IMG/VR virus record: IMGVR_UViG_3300045988_114751
Coordinates: 1 to 64,000 of that record
From: a virus
Length of the DNA: 64,000 nucleotides
Direction: 5' to 3' (one strand)
The position numbers were made by a program, and so were the translations under genes. The notes below the pieces were generated by a model that saw nothing but the letters and a program-made list of their open reading frames with translations, ran no database searches and had not been told where the DNA came from. Of this stretch, positions 37,593-47,550 are shown in pieces (position 1 is the first letter of the stretch; each line of letters opens with the position of its first letter).

Positions 37593-38298
37593 TTATGCAG
37601 CAAAAGCTAAAAGAGCTTATTTGATAAACAATTTCGATAAGATTCTTAACAGTCTTAACACACTTCATTCAACGGTTGAGACCATGACGTTGTTTGTAAA
37701 TGACCAGGCTTATAATTACATTATTAAACTGAAGGAGGTAATTAAAGGCAGTCCTATGTATAAACACAACATCAAGCGCTTTTTAAATGATATGGATAAG
37801 GAGATAAAGAGGTATAATGCTTCTATCTATTACATAAATAAAGAGCGTAGTGAGGTTATAGCTGATATAACACAAGTTATGGAAGACTACCTCATGCCAT
37901 ACATAGACAACCTGGCTGGCGCTATAAGGGCAGCCGTGTGGTCGAAGGGTGTGTCTGAGGAGCGGACGGAAGCGGCGGTTCTGGCCCTCATCGTGTCTTC
38001 CTTGGCTCTGACATCCGGCAGACTTATTTCAGGTGGATATCAGATTATGAAAGAAATGGGTGGAGGTCAAGGAGGTAATCCATTTACGTTTATGAGCATT
38101 GATAAGATAAGATACTTATCTACATTATTATCTGATGCTATTACCAGTGGAGAGATTACTCTTGAAGAAAAAGAAGCCGATGAAATAACTAAGGCGATGG
38201 ATGTTTTTATTGAGAAGATGTCCGATTCAGATATTGTTGACAAAGTAATTAGCATACTCGAAGAAGCAGAATCTAAAAATAAGGAGGAACGATCATGA
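37576..38298 (+). CDS. hypothetical protein (240 aa)
   Basis: ORF track. Confidence 0.55.
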   Translation: MSAMINYAAKAKRAYLINNFDKILNSLNTLHSTVETMTLFVNDQAYNYIIKLKEVIKGSPMYKHNIKRFLNDMDKEIKRYNASIYYINKERSEVIADITQVMEDYLMPYIDNLAGAIRAAVWSKGVSEERTEAAVLALIVSSLALTSGRLISGGYQIMKEMGGGQGGNPFTFMSIDKIRYLSTLLSDAITSGEITLEEKEADEITKAMDVFIEKMSDSDIVDKVISILEEAESKNKEERS

Positions 38299-38486
38299 AT
38301 TACTTAGATGGGTACGTAGAAGAGGTTCTTTCCGAGCCGTATTATGATGATTACGGATCGGGAATTTTCAGGTGGTGGGTGAAAGTGTCTTACATTTGTT
38401 ATGGCATGGGAGCCGTTACTACCTTAATGTTTGATACAAAAGAAGAAGCGGAAGCGGTAAAACCAGGTTATAAATTTTTGTGTTAA
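38295..38486 (+). CDS. hypothetical protein (63 aa)
   Basis: ORF track. Confidence 0.45.
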   Translation: MNYLDGYVEEVLSEPYYDDYGSGIFRWWVKVSYICYGMGAVTTLMFDTKEEAEAVKPGYKFLC

Positions 38487-38498
38487 TAATATTGGGAT

Positions 38499-38735
38499 GT
38501 GATTATGAAGTACTTTATTTTATTGATAATGTTGTTATTATCATCATGTGATATTGACAATGTTAATACTGGGTGGGTTATATGTAATTTAGAACCTTTG
38601 AATGATGGGCGTGTGTTATACAAAGGAGAAGATAATGGCATTACATGTTTTAGTAGTACCAAATACATCAAATTCATTGGACGCCAAGGGGAATACAATA
38701 TTGGAGATTCTGTTAAAATCGTAAAAATAGAATAA
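38499..38735 (+). CDS. Small secreted lipoprotein: signal peptide MIMKYFILLIMLLLSSC with lipobox L-S-S-C
   Basis: Lipobox read directly; mature part ~58 aa. Confidence 0.55.
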   Translation: MIMKYFILLIMLLLSSCDIDNVNTGWVICNLEPLNDGRVLYKGEDNGITCFSSTKYIKFIGRQGEYNIGDSVKIVKIE

Positions 38736-38736
38736 G

Positions 38737-39216
38737 ATGGAAAAGAATTTAAAACTCGTATGTCCTAAATGTGGCGAATATCACAATCCCAACTCTATAC
38801 ATTCGATGGGTGTATCGGATTTTGTAGAAGGGGATATTAGGACCATTATGGAAGAACGTGGGTGGTGCTTTCAGTGTGCATGCTGGCAGAATATATACAA
38901 CGTACACAAAGACGATCCAGGGTGGATTAGAATAGACGGCGTAAGCTGGATTCTTAAACCTATGGTGGAAAACGTGCCAAGAGGATGGAATAGTCTTGGA
39001 TGTGGAGGAAGAAAAATGTATGTCAATATCGAAGGAAAAGGCATTGTTGCATCAAACAATTGCTGGTGTCAGGGTAATGTCCCGGATGTATTCAAGGATT
39101 TGATGCCTGATAATGCTACGTGGGTTACTAAAGAAGAGTTTGACAAAGCTTCTATAGTAGGATATATTATGAATGGCGTTGGTTTAGTTTTTACGGATAG
39201 GGTACATTTTTTATAA
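38737..39216 (+). CDS. Zn-ribbon/Cys-rich protein, hypothetical (159 aa)
   Basis: ORF track. Confidence 0.55.
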   Translation: MEKNLKLVCPKCGEYHNPNSIHSMGVSDFVEGDIRTIMEERGWCFQCACWQNIYNVHKDDPGWIRIDGVSWILKPMVENVPRGWNSLGCGGRKMYVNIEGKGIVASNNCWCQGNVPDVFKDLMPDNATWVTKEEFDKASIVGYIMNGVGLVFTDRVHFL

Positions 39217-39249
39217 ATCAATTATTATTCACTTTTAAAAATTACAGTT

Positions 39250-39450
39250 ATGAAAACAAAAGAAGAAAAACAAAAGAAGTTTGTGACAGAATTTGAAATC
39301 AATGGAGAAAAGTATGGCGGATATATTTATGCTACAACTTTTTCCGAAGCTGAAGATTTTGTTAGACAAAGAAAAGAGACAGAAAAAGTTGTAGGTGGTC
39401 CGTGTCTAGAACAAGAAGAAATTAATCGCCTTTATAACCATTCCTCTTAG
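39250..39450 (+). CDS. hypothetical protein (66 aa); last plus-strand gene before the strand switch
   Basis: ORF track. Confidence 0.45.
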   Translation: MKTKEEKQKKFVTEFEINGEKYGGYIYATTFSEAEDFVRQRKETEKVVGGPCLEQEEINRLYNHSS

Positions 39451-39532
39451 CATTTTCAATGCATCCTTGTTTACTGGCATAACCCTGAGATGATGATCCT
39501 ACAATTCTTCCATTGGAAGAAGGCAGTTGTAT

Positions 39533-39579
39533 ACAATTCTACATATAGACGACAGTATAGGGTCTATATGCAGAATTGT
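39533..39579. terminator. 18-bp inverted repeat ACAATTCTACATATAGAC / GTCTATATGCAGAATTGT (17 of 18 complementary, 11-nt spacer) at the convergent-transcription boundary, abutting the stop of the minus gene; candidate bidirectional terminator or protein-binding site
   Basis: Direct reading. Confidence 0.45.
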
Positions 39580-39580
39580 T

Positions 39581-40024
39581 TTAATTGTCGAACGTAACTG
39601 TCTCCGATGTTACCACATATTCACCTATACTTCCATGTGTTTTAGAATATAATTCAAGTTTTATATAAGCGGAATAGGTGGCATAGAAAGTACCTTGACC
39701 CAACCTGGTTATAATAGGTCTGACTATTGATGTTAGGGTCAAATTTTGAAAGGATGCAGGAGAAGGCTCTGGTTCGATATTGGTTTTAACAAGTCCACAA
39801 CCCCATGATGTATCTGAGCCGGTTTCGTAGATCTTATCTACAGGATCTCCTATTATCGTATCTGGGTACTCATGTCGCTCACTGGTGTAATTCATTACAA
39901 TAGGATTATCATTGTTTACATTGTATTTTTTACCAGGAGCAGTATATAGTATTTCACGATATGTTACATATTTCTTTTCTTGTTCTCTCACTGTAAACTG
40001 GTCAGGCAAATAAAGACGTATCAA
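39581..40024 (-). CDS. Hypothetical late or structural protein. The track start is a TTG. The frame stays open 5'-ward, with no ATG, up to the G9 tract at 40243-40251; it is probably the C-terminal part of a frameshift- or phase-variation-dependent gene spanning 39581-40314.
   Basis: Hand translation of the minus strand upstream of the track start gives QLYRGGVIIDDEIVGTIPQSG...LIRLYLP... without stops. Confidence 0.5.
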   Translation of the reverse strand: MIRLYLPDQFTVREQEKKYVTYREILYTAPGKKYNVNNDNPIVMNYTSERHEYPDTIIGDPVDKIYETGSDTSWGCGLVKTNIEPEPSPASFQNLTLTSIVRPIITRLGQGTFYATYSAYIKLELYSKTHGSIGEYVVTSETVTFDN

Positions 40025-40242
40025 AAAACCTAAAGAAGGAGATTCTACTCTACCTATAATAAGTTTAATGTCATCCTTCTCTACAAGCTCTTTCGTAGAT
40101 TCTGTTTGTTCGCTGATAGTCTCTTTTGTATTATATGGGACTCCTCCTTGGATACTTATAGAACCCAGACGTTGTTTTATAGAAAGAAAGGTAAATACAC
40201 CACTTTGTGGAATAGTACCGACTATTTCATCATCTATGATTA

Positions 40243-40251
40243 CCCCCCCCC
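40243..40251. other. C9 (plus strand) / G9 (minus strand) homopolymer. It separates a 23-codon ATG-initiated mini-ORF (MRRFETSLKIYEYQIVSNCIGGG, with its ATG in an ATGA overlap with the stop of the 40311-40790 gene) from the start-less downstream ORF. One extra G, or a -1 slip, fuses them.
   Basis: Three-frame hand translation around the tract; 9 consecutive C counted from the sequence lines. Confidence 0.6.
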
Positions 40252-40310
40252 TATACAGTTGCTAACTATTTGATATTCATATATTTTTAATGATGTTTCA
40301 AATCTTCTTC

Positions 40311-40790
40311 TCATATTCCTTTTAAGTAAGTATCAGGTGCAACAAAATCACTTATTGTCTTTATTATATGTATAGTATCTATAAAATATTTATCAACATC
40401 CATAGAAAGTTGAGGACGAAGATCTGAATCGTTTGTCTTATCTGTTATATAGAAATAGTACAGAACATCCTCCAGATAAAATGTAAGATAAATATCCCCT
40501 GTGATATTTCCATTATTGAAATAGCAATTGATGCCGGAACCGGATGGAGTCATATGGCAATCTATACTCTGGGTATCTCCCATAGTACACACGTAATTGG
40601 AACTGGCAATATCAACCGCATATTTTCCAACATTTATACCACCACTTTCCCTCGATCTTGTGGTAAGTATATGAACGGCATTTTTCCAAGTGGAAAGAGG
40701 TGCAGATATACTAACGGCGAAAACGGGAATTATCGTCTGAAATAAATCATATGACAAAAACCTTCTTCTCATTATTTTATTTTTTTGCAA
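40311..40790 (-). CDS. hypothetical protein (159 aa)
   Basis: ORF track. Confidence 0.55.
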   Translation of the reverse strand: MQKNKIMRRRFLSYDLFQTIIPVFAVSISAPLSTWKNAVHILTTRSRESGGINVGKYAVDIASSNYVCTMGDTQSIDCHMTPSGSGINCYFNNGNITGDIYLTFYLEDVLYYFYITDKTNDSDLRPQLSMDVDKYFIDTIHIIKTISDFVAPDTYLKGI

Positions 40791-40990
40791 GATAGCATTT
40801 TTTTTTCATAACAAAAGAAACCAGTTCTCTATCATCGTTGACTGAGAACTGGTAAGAAAACAATTTCAGAAAAAATTAAACCTACATAACCTTTAAAGTA
40901 AGAACAAAAAAACGTATAGTCTACTCTTTGACAATGCTAAGATAGCATATTAGAGCTATATTGTAGTAATATAAGCCCAATATTCTTCGT

Positions 40991-43900
40991 CTACTTGTAG
41001 CTCACATCATCGTCTCCTTCTGAATCAGGAGTGGCACCGATGAAAAACATCATTGACTTGTTGTTCGTCTGCTGCCACCAGTTATAGGCACGTGCTACGT
41101 CTTCCGGCGTCTTAATGTTATACCATTGTTTGATAAACGTCTGTTTAGCGAGTTGTCTAAATAACTTAGACTCACCTTTATATGTACCAGATGTTACTTT
41201 ATCGAGTGAGTAGTTCCTGAGATCGGTGAGATCCTTCAGTTTCCGTCCCATGACAAATGGGTCATTAATGATATCCACCACATTAAGCTCCATAATAAAC
41301 GGCATCTGTGAAGCTATTTCATTTATGGTTCTAAATCCTACATAAGATCCGAATTGAGTAAGCCAGCTTTCCTCGTTTTCATCATCATCACGCCATCCGG
41401 CAAGAAGCATAGACACGACCTGCATGATGAGGAACGTGCCGGCATAAACACTGAGGCGTTTAAGATTAGTCTTTTCCACCTCACCCATCTTATCTTTATT
41501 TTCGTTCCAGGCATCTATGATATTTTTCATACCAGGCTCGGAAGCTAAGCTAAATGTTTTAGCTATCATATTCTTTAACGTAATTGACAGCCCTTCCTCT
41601 TCTTGCATTGTCTGGAAATTGAATCCCCTTCTTTTCCACAGACGTTGAGCCGCCAGCACCAGCCATCCTCGGTGGGCAGTCATGAACCTGGCTATCCAGT
41701 TGCGGGATGCGGCGGTCCGGTTTTCTTCATTCAAAGATCCGTTACATATCTGAGACAGGCTACGAACCTGATTTCGGGTTATAGCCATCTGAGTTTCAAC
41801 CTCCTCAACAGTAACACCCGATCCTGGTTTCACAACCACCTTGCCGTCTACGACATCTACCATACTCCATAAAGTACGATCTTTTAATGCATCCCATTCT
41901 CTTTTTATGGTGCTCTGTTCTTTATTGCGTTCTTTTTCCATCTTGAAATCCTGGAACGTGTAGAACCGACCTTTGTAATAACGAACGTTATCCATAGTAG
42001 CGATCATAACCTGCGGATCAAGAGGGTAGTTCATGATTTCCATAAAAGCATACATCGGTGAACGCATTAAGGTCCGGGCCACCCTATTATATCCGGCACC
42101 ATACATACGATTTCGGATATTGAATATCCCCATTCTCTCACCTATGACATATAATTTGCTTTTTCTATCTATGTCTCCGGTTTCTGCTATACAAGATGGC
42201 GCAAGACGTGAAAACTCAGCCGATGCATATTTAAGGGAATCTTTGCTTATATATTGTCCTACGGCAGATTCCATGATGAGGTTAATATGACCTGTCAGAG
42301 CGCCGGTAGCTGCCACAAACGGGGACAGCGCTAAGTTCATGACCGACATAAACCTTTCAACGGCCATCATAATTCTTGTAAGATCTATCGTGTATCCACC
42401 GATGTTAACCGTAAGTTTCTTGGTGTTCATCCTAATGCCATAATAATGGTCATTAAAGAAGTCTCTAAACATCTGGTATGCTTGAGTTGCCTCAGCTTTC
42501 TTACCGCCTTCAAATTGCTTATTCAGTAACATCTGCTCCAGTCCTTGGGCAAGCTCTATAGACTTCTGCTTTTCGTTGTATAACGATGATTGCATCATAA
42601 GCATCGAATAAGAATAACCAAAATCATGAGATACGTCATCTTGGTTCTCTAATTCATATATGTAGTATTTAGGTATAGACCTAATCCTATCTTCTGGATC
42701 ATATACTTCCCCTTGTCTGGTTTTACCGTATAGAGAATCGTCTACTCTGTCCAGACAGAGATCTGATACAAAATTACGAACCGTATTTTTGAAGTTGATA
42801 CCCAATCCCTCCATACGTTCTATATCTTGTTTGGATATCTGTGGAATAGCATACAAATTGGGGCTCTGCTCTTTGTATAAGGAAAGGGATTGTCTTTTTA
42901 TTTCCTTAAGTTTTTGAATCATATTCCATTGCTCTACGTTTTTAGTAGCAATCTCATTACCATCAGCATCATATCTAATGCCGAAGTCATTGAAATACGA
43001 TTCATCACGATACAGGCTCTTCTTGGGCATACGATAACCATACCCATGATCTTTTACATAATCTGGGTTACGACCGCTATTTTCAGCTTCAGATTCAGCC
43101 ACCCACGCTCTTGCAGGGTCGAAAGACAGGTACGATATATTCATACCATAATCTTGTGTGGATGTCCCGTTCTGTACGTCTTTAACCATCTGTGCCACGT
43201 CTATCTCACCTCGACCTATTTTACCAAGCATAGCCGCATATCCGGTAGGAGCCATGCGTTTGTAATATGAAAAGACTTGACTTCTGGCAAATTCATTAAC
43301 AATAGCATTAGCCTCTTCTATACCTGATTCTCTTGTGTTATTTAAAAACAAGCTGGCCATCTTAGTATTGACAGCATTCCTAAAATCTCTACCGTCTAAT
43401 TCTTTGCTTATTCCAAGCTTTTCTGACAAGTAGTTGGTTTCAGATACAGTAAACAAATATCGGTTATCAGCAGCCTTAAATAGTTTATCCCTTAAGGCTT
43501 GAATCCTTTTTGCTTTCTTTGCCGTAGTATGACGTTGCACAAACTTCCATTCCACTTCCTTGGAGTCAGCAAGAGCATTTAAATAAGATTGATTGACTTC
43601 GTTTTCAGCCTTACTGCTTTTAGTAAGGTATTTATCAATATCTTCAAGACCCACCATCTTAGCATAATCTATTAAAATAGCGTAGTCGGTTTCAATAGCT
43701 TCAGATGCAGCCCTAAAAGCATCTCTTTCAGATGAGGTAAATGTCGCTTCATTGATTTCTCCGATGTCAGCCACATCGCGGTTATTCCCAATTATTTCCT
43801 TGATGATAGCCCTGTTTTTTTCTATATCTTTCACAATAGCTTCTACGTCTGTCGCATCTCTATCACTTGTCGTAGAATTAATGATATCATGCGCCATTTT

Positions 43901-46900
43901 AAGATACGAAGCCTTGTTGTTTGATTCGGTGCGTGCCGACTGATCTGACTCTATATCATTCCAAAACTGATCATTAAAAGCCAGGTGTCCTCCTAACATA
44001 AGCGTTCTCAGTGCAGCCTCCCCTCCAGACTCACGCTGAATCGTTCTCAATCTTTCCAAAAATGATTCTGATACGGCATTAGTAACATTATTTGATTCTT
44101 TTCTCCATACTTCATTTATAGCTTGTATTTCTTTAGCCATCTTGAGTTGATCACCGGTTTTATCGACTCTTCTGGTTCCTACATATATGTATTCTGAAGC
44201 TGCTTCCTTACGTTGTTTACGAAGCAGTCCTTCTTCTTCATAATTACTGCTCTTGAAGTAAGCAACTTCATCAAAATTACCATTGCTATCAATAAAAGGT
44301 TGCCTCAATATCCGTTTTTGCCGGGAAAGAGCATTAAGATATTCTTTAGTTGTTTGAGAAACCGGATACCCCAATTCTTCTTCAGCCTTTTTGTATATGG
44401 ATTCCATTCTTGTGGCATAACTTTCACTAAATTCCAGTTCTGAATTTTCAGCATCCCACTTCTCCATCTGTTCTGTATAAATCCTTTCCTGCTCGATGGT
44501 AAAGATGTCGGTATTAACCCTATCAGAAGAAGGTTTGAATTTAGCGTTCTCAGTAACCGTATTTCCGTCCTTGTCAACTACTTCTCTTTTAAACACATAA
44601 TTACGGTTATTGTCAACCACATCATTGATTTCTTCTTCTGATATCTCTATGTTCATGGCAGTTGCAAACGCTCGCATCTGCGCCAGCTTCTTATTACGAT
44701 CGTATTTAGCCATATCAAGAGCACTACGAAGATAATTAGAAGTCTTGCCGTCTACTTTCTGAAGCAGTTTTTCAAATTCAGATTTATTGAAACCATGTTT
44801 TTTCGCATATGCCAGGAAGTCGGATATGGCTGGCTGGGCATTCACCATCGCATTATAATTGTCTTTGGCAATCATAGCTCCAAGAGCGTTATTAAACGGG
44901 CTGGAAGAATGTTCTAATATACCAAACCACCTACTTATCCAGGACACATCGTGTTGGACTTTATCAAAGAACTCTTTTACTTTCTTTACCTTATCTGCCG
45001 GCACATGAAGTTCGTTCATTAACTTGTCAAGCAACGTACTTTCATCAAGATCTTGTACTGATTTAATATCAGACTGAATACCATTGATGTCGGCAATGAC
45101 GGTATTGATCCTATTTGTATAATCTTGCTTTTCACGTTCGTCAAATTCGGTACTTCTGTTACGGATATATCCTCGAAGATCGTTCATGATCGGAAGAACC
45201 TGATTGTTGATAATATCTACGTTCTTTCGATCATTGGTATTGAAATGAAGTTTACCGTCTTTGGTATCACCATGAAGGATAGTATTTACTACATTGCTTA
45301 AGTATCTGACCTGAGCTTCGGCTGTGGAGATCATGCTATTCATGGCAGCCGCCATCTCATTTTTGTCTATTTCGGTCTCTACCTTATTTATCTTATCTTC
45401 TATGGTCTTAAGTTGAGCAAGGGTCATAGATGTAGTTACAGCCCTATCAGAGCTTATCTGACGTAAGTCTCTCAATGTTTTTCTCAATGCCCGGATCTTA
45501 GACTCAAGAAACTTGTTCTTGTTCATAGAGGAAAGAGAGTATAATGTAAAATCATTATCCTTTAAAAGAGAAGTATCAAATCCTTTATCTATGTCGGTAA
45601 TAGCAAGATCACGAATATTTTTAATAACGTTATTCAAATCTTGTCTTTGGGTAGATAAAGCTGATTTAAGCCAGTTTACGATTCCAGAGAGAAGCTGCCG
45701 GACGCGCCCCAGGAAGGAGGTGGGCTCTACGGGCGCCGTTCTGTCCTGCATCTCTCTGGCAAGGATCTTTCCAAGAATTTCTCTCCTAACTACATTGTCA
45801 AGTTCAGCTCCTTCATATACCTTACCATATGTATTATAATACTGATTTGCATACCGATTCCATTCTTCAGTGCCTTCTACGTCTTGCAAAACAGATTCAA
45901 CAGCATTCTGATCTCTGTACGTCTCTACAAGGAAGTGGGCTGTTTCTTCTACTAAGTCAGACAAAGTAGCATCTTCACCGACTGCTATTACGTTATTGGC
46001 AATATCCGCCAATGCTTTAGCAGAAGGTTCGTGTCCGTATTTAGTTTGGTACTTCTCTATATAATCGGTCATGCCAACGACACTAACGCCCAGCGTTTTC
46101 AGTATCTCAACAATAGAATTTCGTTGATTACGTTCCTCTTGGCTATAATCCGATACTATCTTAGCTTTAGTATCAGCATAAAGATCATTGTCTTCTAATA
46201 TAAATGAAACTACAAGCGCATCAAAATGATCGTACTTAGCATCCAATTCATTGTATCTTCCAGACTTAAGATCGCTCTTTATCTGCTCCTTGCTAACTCT
46301 TTCTGTTCCTCCGGTGGCGAGTCTCATAGTCACCTTACTATTATCCAATGAATTTATGGTTATCATGCCTTGATCATTCATGGAAACATCAGAACTGAAA
46401 TGATTACGAAGTTCGGTATAAGCTAAGGCTGAATTGAAAAGTCTAATTTGTCCTGCATGTCCTTCTCCTGTAAGATAATAGCTTCTTGTTTCCGGATCGA
46501 ATATCTTGGATCCTGACAAAAGACCTTTCTTTATAAGGTAGTTTATTATCCCACCTTTTGTTGATAAAGAAGTGGAAGCAGAGGCGGTCATGACAGGTAT
46601 AAAAGATTTGGGGTTGTTAAGGACATACTTTCCAGCCTTGTAAGTAATGTCTGCCACGCCATCCCAGGCAGATTCTTGAACGGTGCCAGATAAGAATCCT
46701 ATTCTGATATCATTCCCGCCAGAGCGAAGAGCTTCTCCGTAATCTTCAAATAATTGATTACGATCGTTCATAAAAAACAAACGAGGCTCTCCGGTCTGAT
46801 ATGTTACACCCACAGGATTAGAATCTGTTTCTGGTAGCTCTTCTGGACTAAATATCTTAAGACCGTCTTTTATAACCATATAATTAACACCATTATCCTG

Positions 46901-47407
46901 TACCATAGATACGGGAGTAAAGTCCGAAGATATAGCATCTTGTAGATACTGCCCGGAGTCTACTCCTGGTCCTTCCGGTACTGAGATGCTTGACGGAACC
47001 ATAGCATCCACCAACATAATATTATCACCCAGATCTTGGCTGTAGAATCCAAAGCCTGATTCTTGAATCCCATAAGGTGCATCTGATTTCGACACAAGAA
47101 TAGGGTTGCTCATCTTAGAAGCCTTATCCATCACCCTTTCCCTGTAGGCTTCCGGAATAAGACCGATGTTGGATTTTACTTTATTGTAAGCCTGTTTATT
47201 AACAGGTACATTTCTTCTCCAGTCACCAAAAGCCTTTAAGAACTTATTAGAAAATACGGTTTTAAAAACAGTAGTAGCCCGCTCCCTATTCTCCATAAGA
47301 GGGATAGATGCTATCTTATCAAATAACATAGACCTGTCCCCTGATCTGGTAGAGACAGAAACAACTTTCTTTTTATTATCTCTTTTAATAATACACGTTG
47401 ATGCCAT
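40991..47407 (-). CDS. Giant hypothetical protein (2138 aa), probably virion-associated (structural, ejected or internal); C-terminal TM-like segment; no catalytic motif identified
   Basis: Uninterrupted 6.4-kb ORF; two minus-strand terminators lie just upstream (47459-47543). Confidence 0.7.
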   Translation of the reverse strand: MASTCIIKRDNKKKVVSVSTRSGDRSMLFDKIASIPLMENRERATTVFKTVFSNKFLKAFGDWRRNVPVNKQAYNKVKSNIGLIPEAYRERVMDKASKMSNPILVSKSDAPYGIQESGFGFYSQDLGDNIMLVDAMVPSSISVPEGPGVDSGQYLQDAISSDFTPVSMVQDNGVNYMVIKDGLKIFSPEELPETDSNPVGVTYQTGEPRLFFMNDRNQLFEDYGEALRSGGNDIRIGFLSGTVQESAWDGVADITYKAGKYVLNNPKSFIPVMTASASTSLSTKGGIINYLIKKGLLSGSKIFDPETRSYYLTGEGHAGQIRLFNSALAYTELRNHFSSDVSMNDQGMITINSLDNSKVTMRLATGGTERVSKEQIKSDLKSGRYNELDAKYDHFDALVVSFILEDNDLYADTKAKIVSDYSQEERNQRNSIVEILKTLGVSVVGMTDYIEKYQTKYGHEPSAKALADIANNVIAVGEDATLSDLVEETAHFLVETYRDQNAVESVLQDVEGTEEWNRYANQYYNTYGKVYEGAELDNVVRREILGKILAREMQDRTAPVEPTSFLGRVRQLLSGIVNWLKSALSTQRQDLNNVIKNIRDLAITDIDKGFDTSLLKDNDFTLYSLSSMNKNKFLESKIRALRKTLRDLRQISSDRAVTTSMTLAQLKTIEDKINKVETEIDKNEMAAAMNSMISTAEAQVRYLSNVVNTILHGDTKDGKLHFNTNDRKNVDIINNQVLPIMNDLRGYIRNRSTEFDEREKQDYTNRINTVIADINGIQSDIKSVQDLDESTLLDKLMNELHVPADKVKKVKEFFDKVQHDVSWISRWFGILEHSSSPFNNALGAMIAKDNYNAMVNAQPAISDFLAYAKKHGFNKSEFEKLLQKVDGKTSNYLRSALDMAKYDRNKKLAQMRAFATAMNIEISEEEINDVVDNNRNYVFKREVVDKDGNTVTENAKFKPSSDRVNTDIFTIEQERIYTEQMEKWDAENSELEFSESYATRMESIYKKAEEELGYPVSQTTKEYLNALSRQKRILRQPFIDSNGNFDEVAYFKSSNYEEEGLLRKQRKEAASEYIYVGTRRVDKTGDQLKMAKEIQAINEVWRKESNNVTNAVSESFLERLRTIQRESGGEAALRTLMLGGHLAFNDQFWNDIESDQSARTESNNKASYLKMAHDIINSTTSDRDATDVEAIVKDIEKNRAIIKEIIGNNRDVADIGEINEATFTSSERDAFRAASEAIETDYAILIDYAKMVGLEDIDKYLTKSSKAENEVNQSYLNALADSKEVEWKFVQRHTTAKKAKRIQALRDKLFKAADNRYLFTVSETNYLSEKLGISKELDGRDFRNAVNTKMASLFLNNTRESGIEEANAIVNEFARSQVFSYYKRMAPTGYAAMLGKIGRGEIDVAQMVKDVQNGTSTQDYGMNISYLSFDPARAWVAESEAENSGRNPDYVKDHGYGYRMPKKSLYRDESYFNDFGIRYDADGNEIATKNVEQWNMIQKLKEIKRQSLSLYKEQSPNLYAIPQISKQDIERMEGLGINFKNTVRNFVSDLCLDRVDDSLYGKTRQGEVYDPEDRIRSIPKYYIYELENQDDVSHDFGYSYSMLMMQSSLYNEKQKSIELAQGLEQMLLNKQFEGGKKAEATQAYQMFRDFFNDHYYGIRMNTKKLTVNIGGYTIDLTRIMMAVERFMSVMNLALSPFVAATGALTGHINLIMESAVGQYISKDSLKYASAEFSRLAPSCIAETGDIDRKSKLYVIGERMGIFNIRNRMYGAGYNRVARTLMRSPMYAFMEIMNYPLDPQVMIATMDNVRYYKGRFYTFQDFKMEKERNKEQSTIKREWDALKDRTLWSMVDVVDGKVVVKPGSGVTVEEVETQMAITRNQVRSLSQICNGSLNEENRTAASRNWIARFMTAHRGWLVLAAQRLWKRRGFNFQTMQEEEGLSITLKNMIAKTFSLASEPGMKNIIDAWNENKDKMGEVEKTNLKRLSVYAGTFLIMQVVSMLLAGWRDDDENEESWLTQFGSYVGFRTINEIASQMPFIMELNVVDIINDPFVMGRKLKDLTDLRNYSLDKVTSGTYKGESKLFRQLAKQTFIKQWYNIKTPEDVARAYNWWQQTNNKSMMFFIGATPDSEGDDDVSYK

Positions 47408-47458
47408 AATAAAACATTTTTGTTATGAGACAAAGGTAGCTAAAAATCAAGCATATTA

Positions 47459-47543
47459 TAAAAAATAAAGCCATCTAACTTCTCAGTCCGATGGCTTAAA
47501 AATAATATGAATAAAAAAATTATAATCTGACGAAAATCGTCAG
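47459..47543 (-). terminator. Two tandem rho-independent terminators for the minus-strand gene at 47551-47874: CTGACG-AAAAT-CGTCAG and AAGCCATC-(14-nt loop)-GATGGCTT, each followed by a T-run on the minus strand
   Basis: Direct reading of the hairpins and the T-tracts on the reverse complement. Confidence 0.6.
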
Positions 47544-47550
47544 GTTCAAC

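Noticed and set aside
40991-47407. crAss-like virion RNA polymerase call for the 2138-aa protein
   Set aside because: No DxDGD-type catalytic motif was found, only the near-miss RYDADGNE, and the host signals (strong SD sites) do not fit Bacteroidota crAss-like phages.
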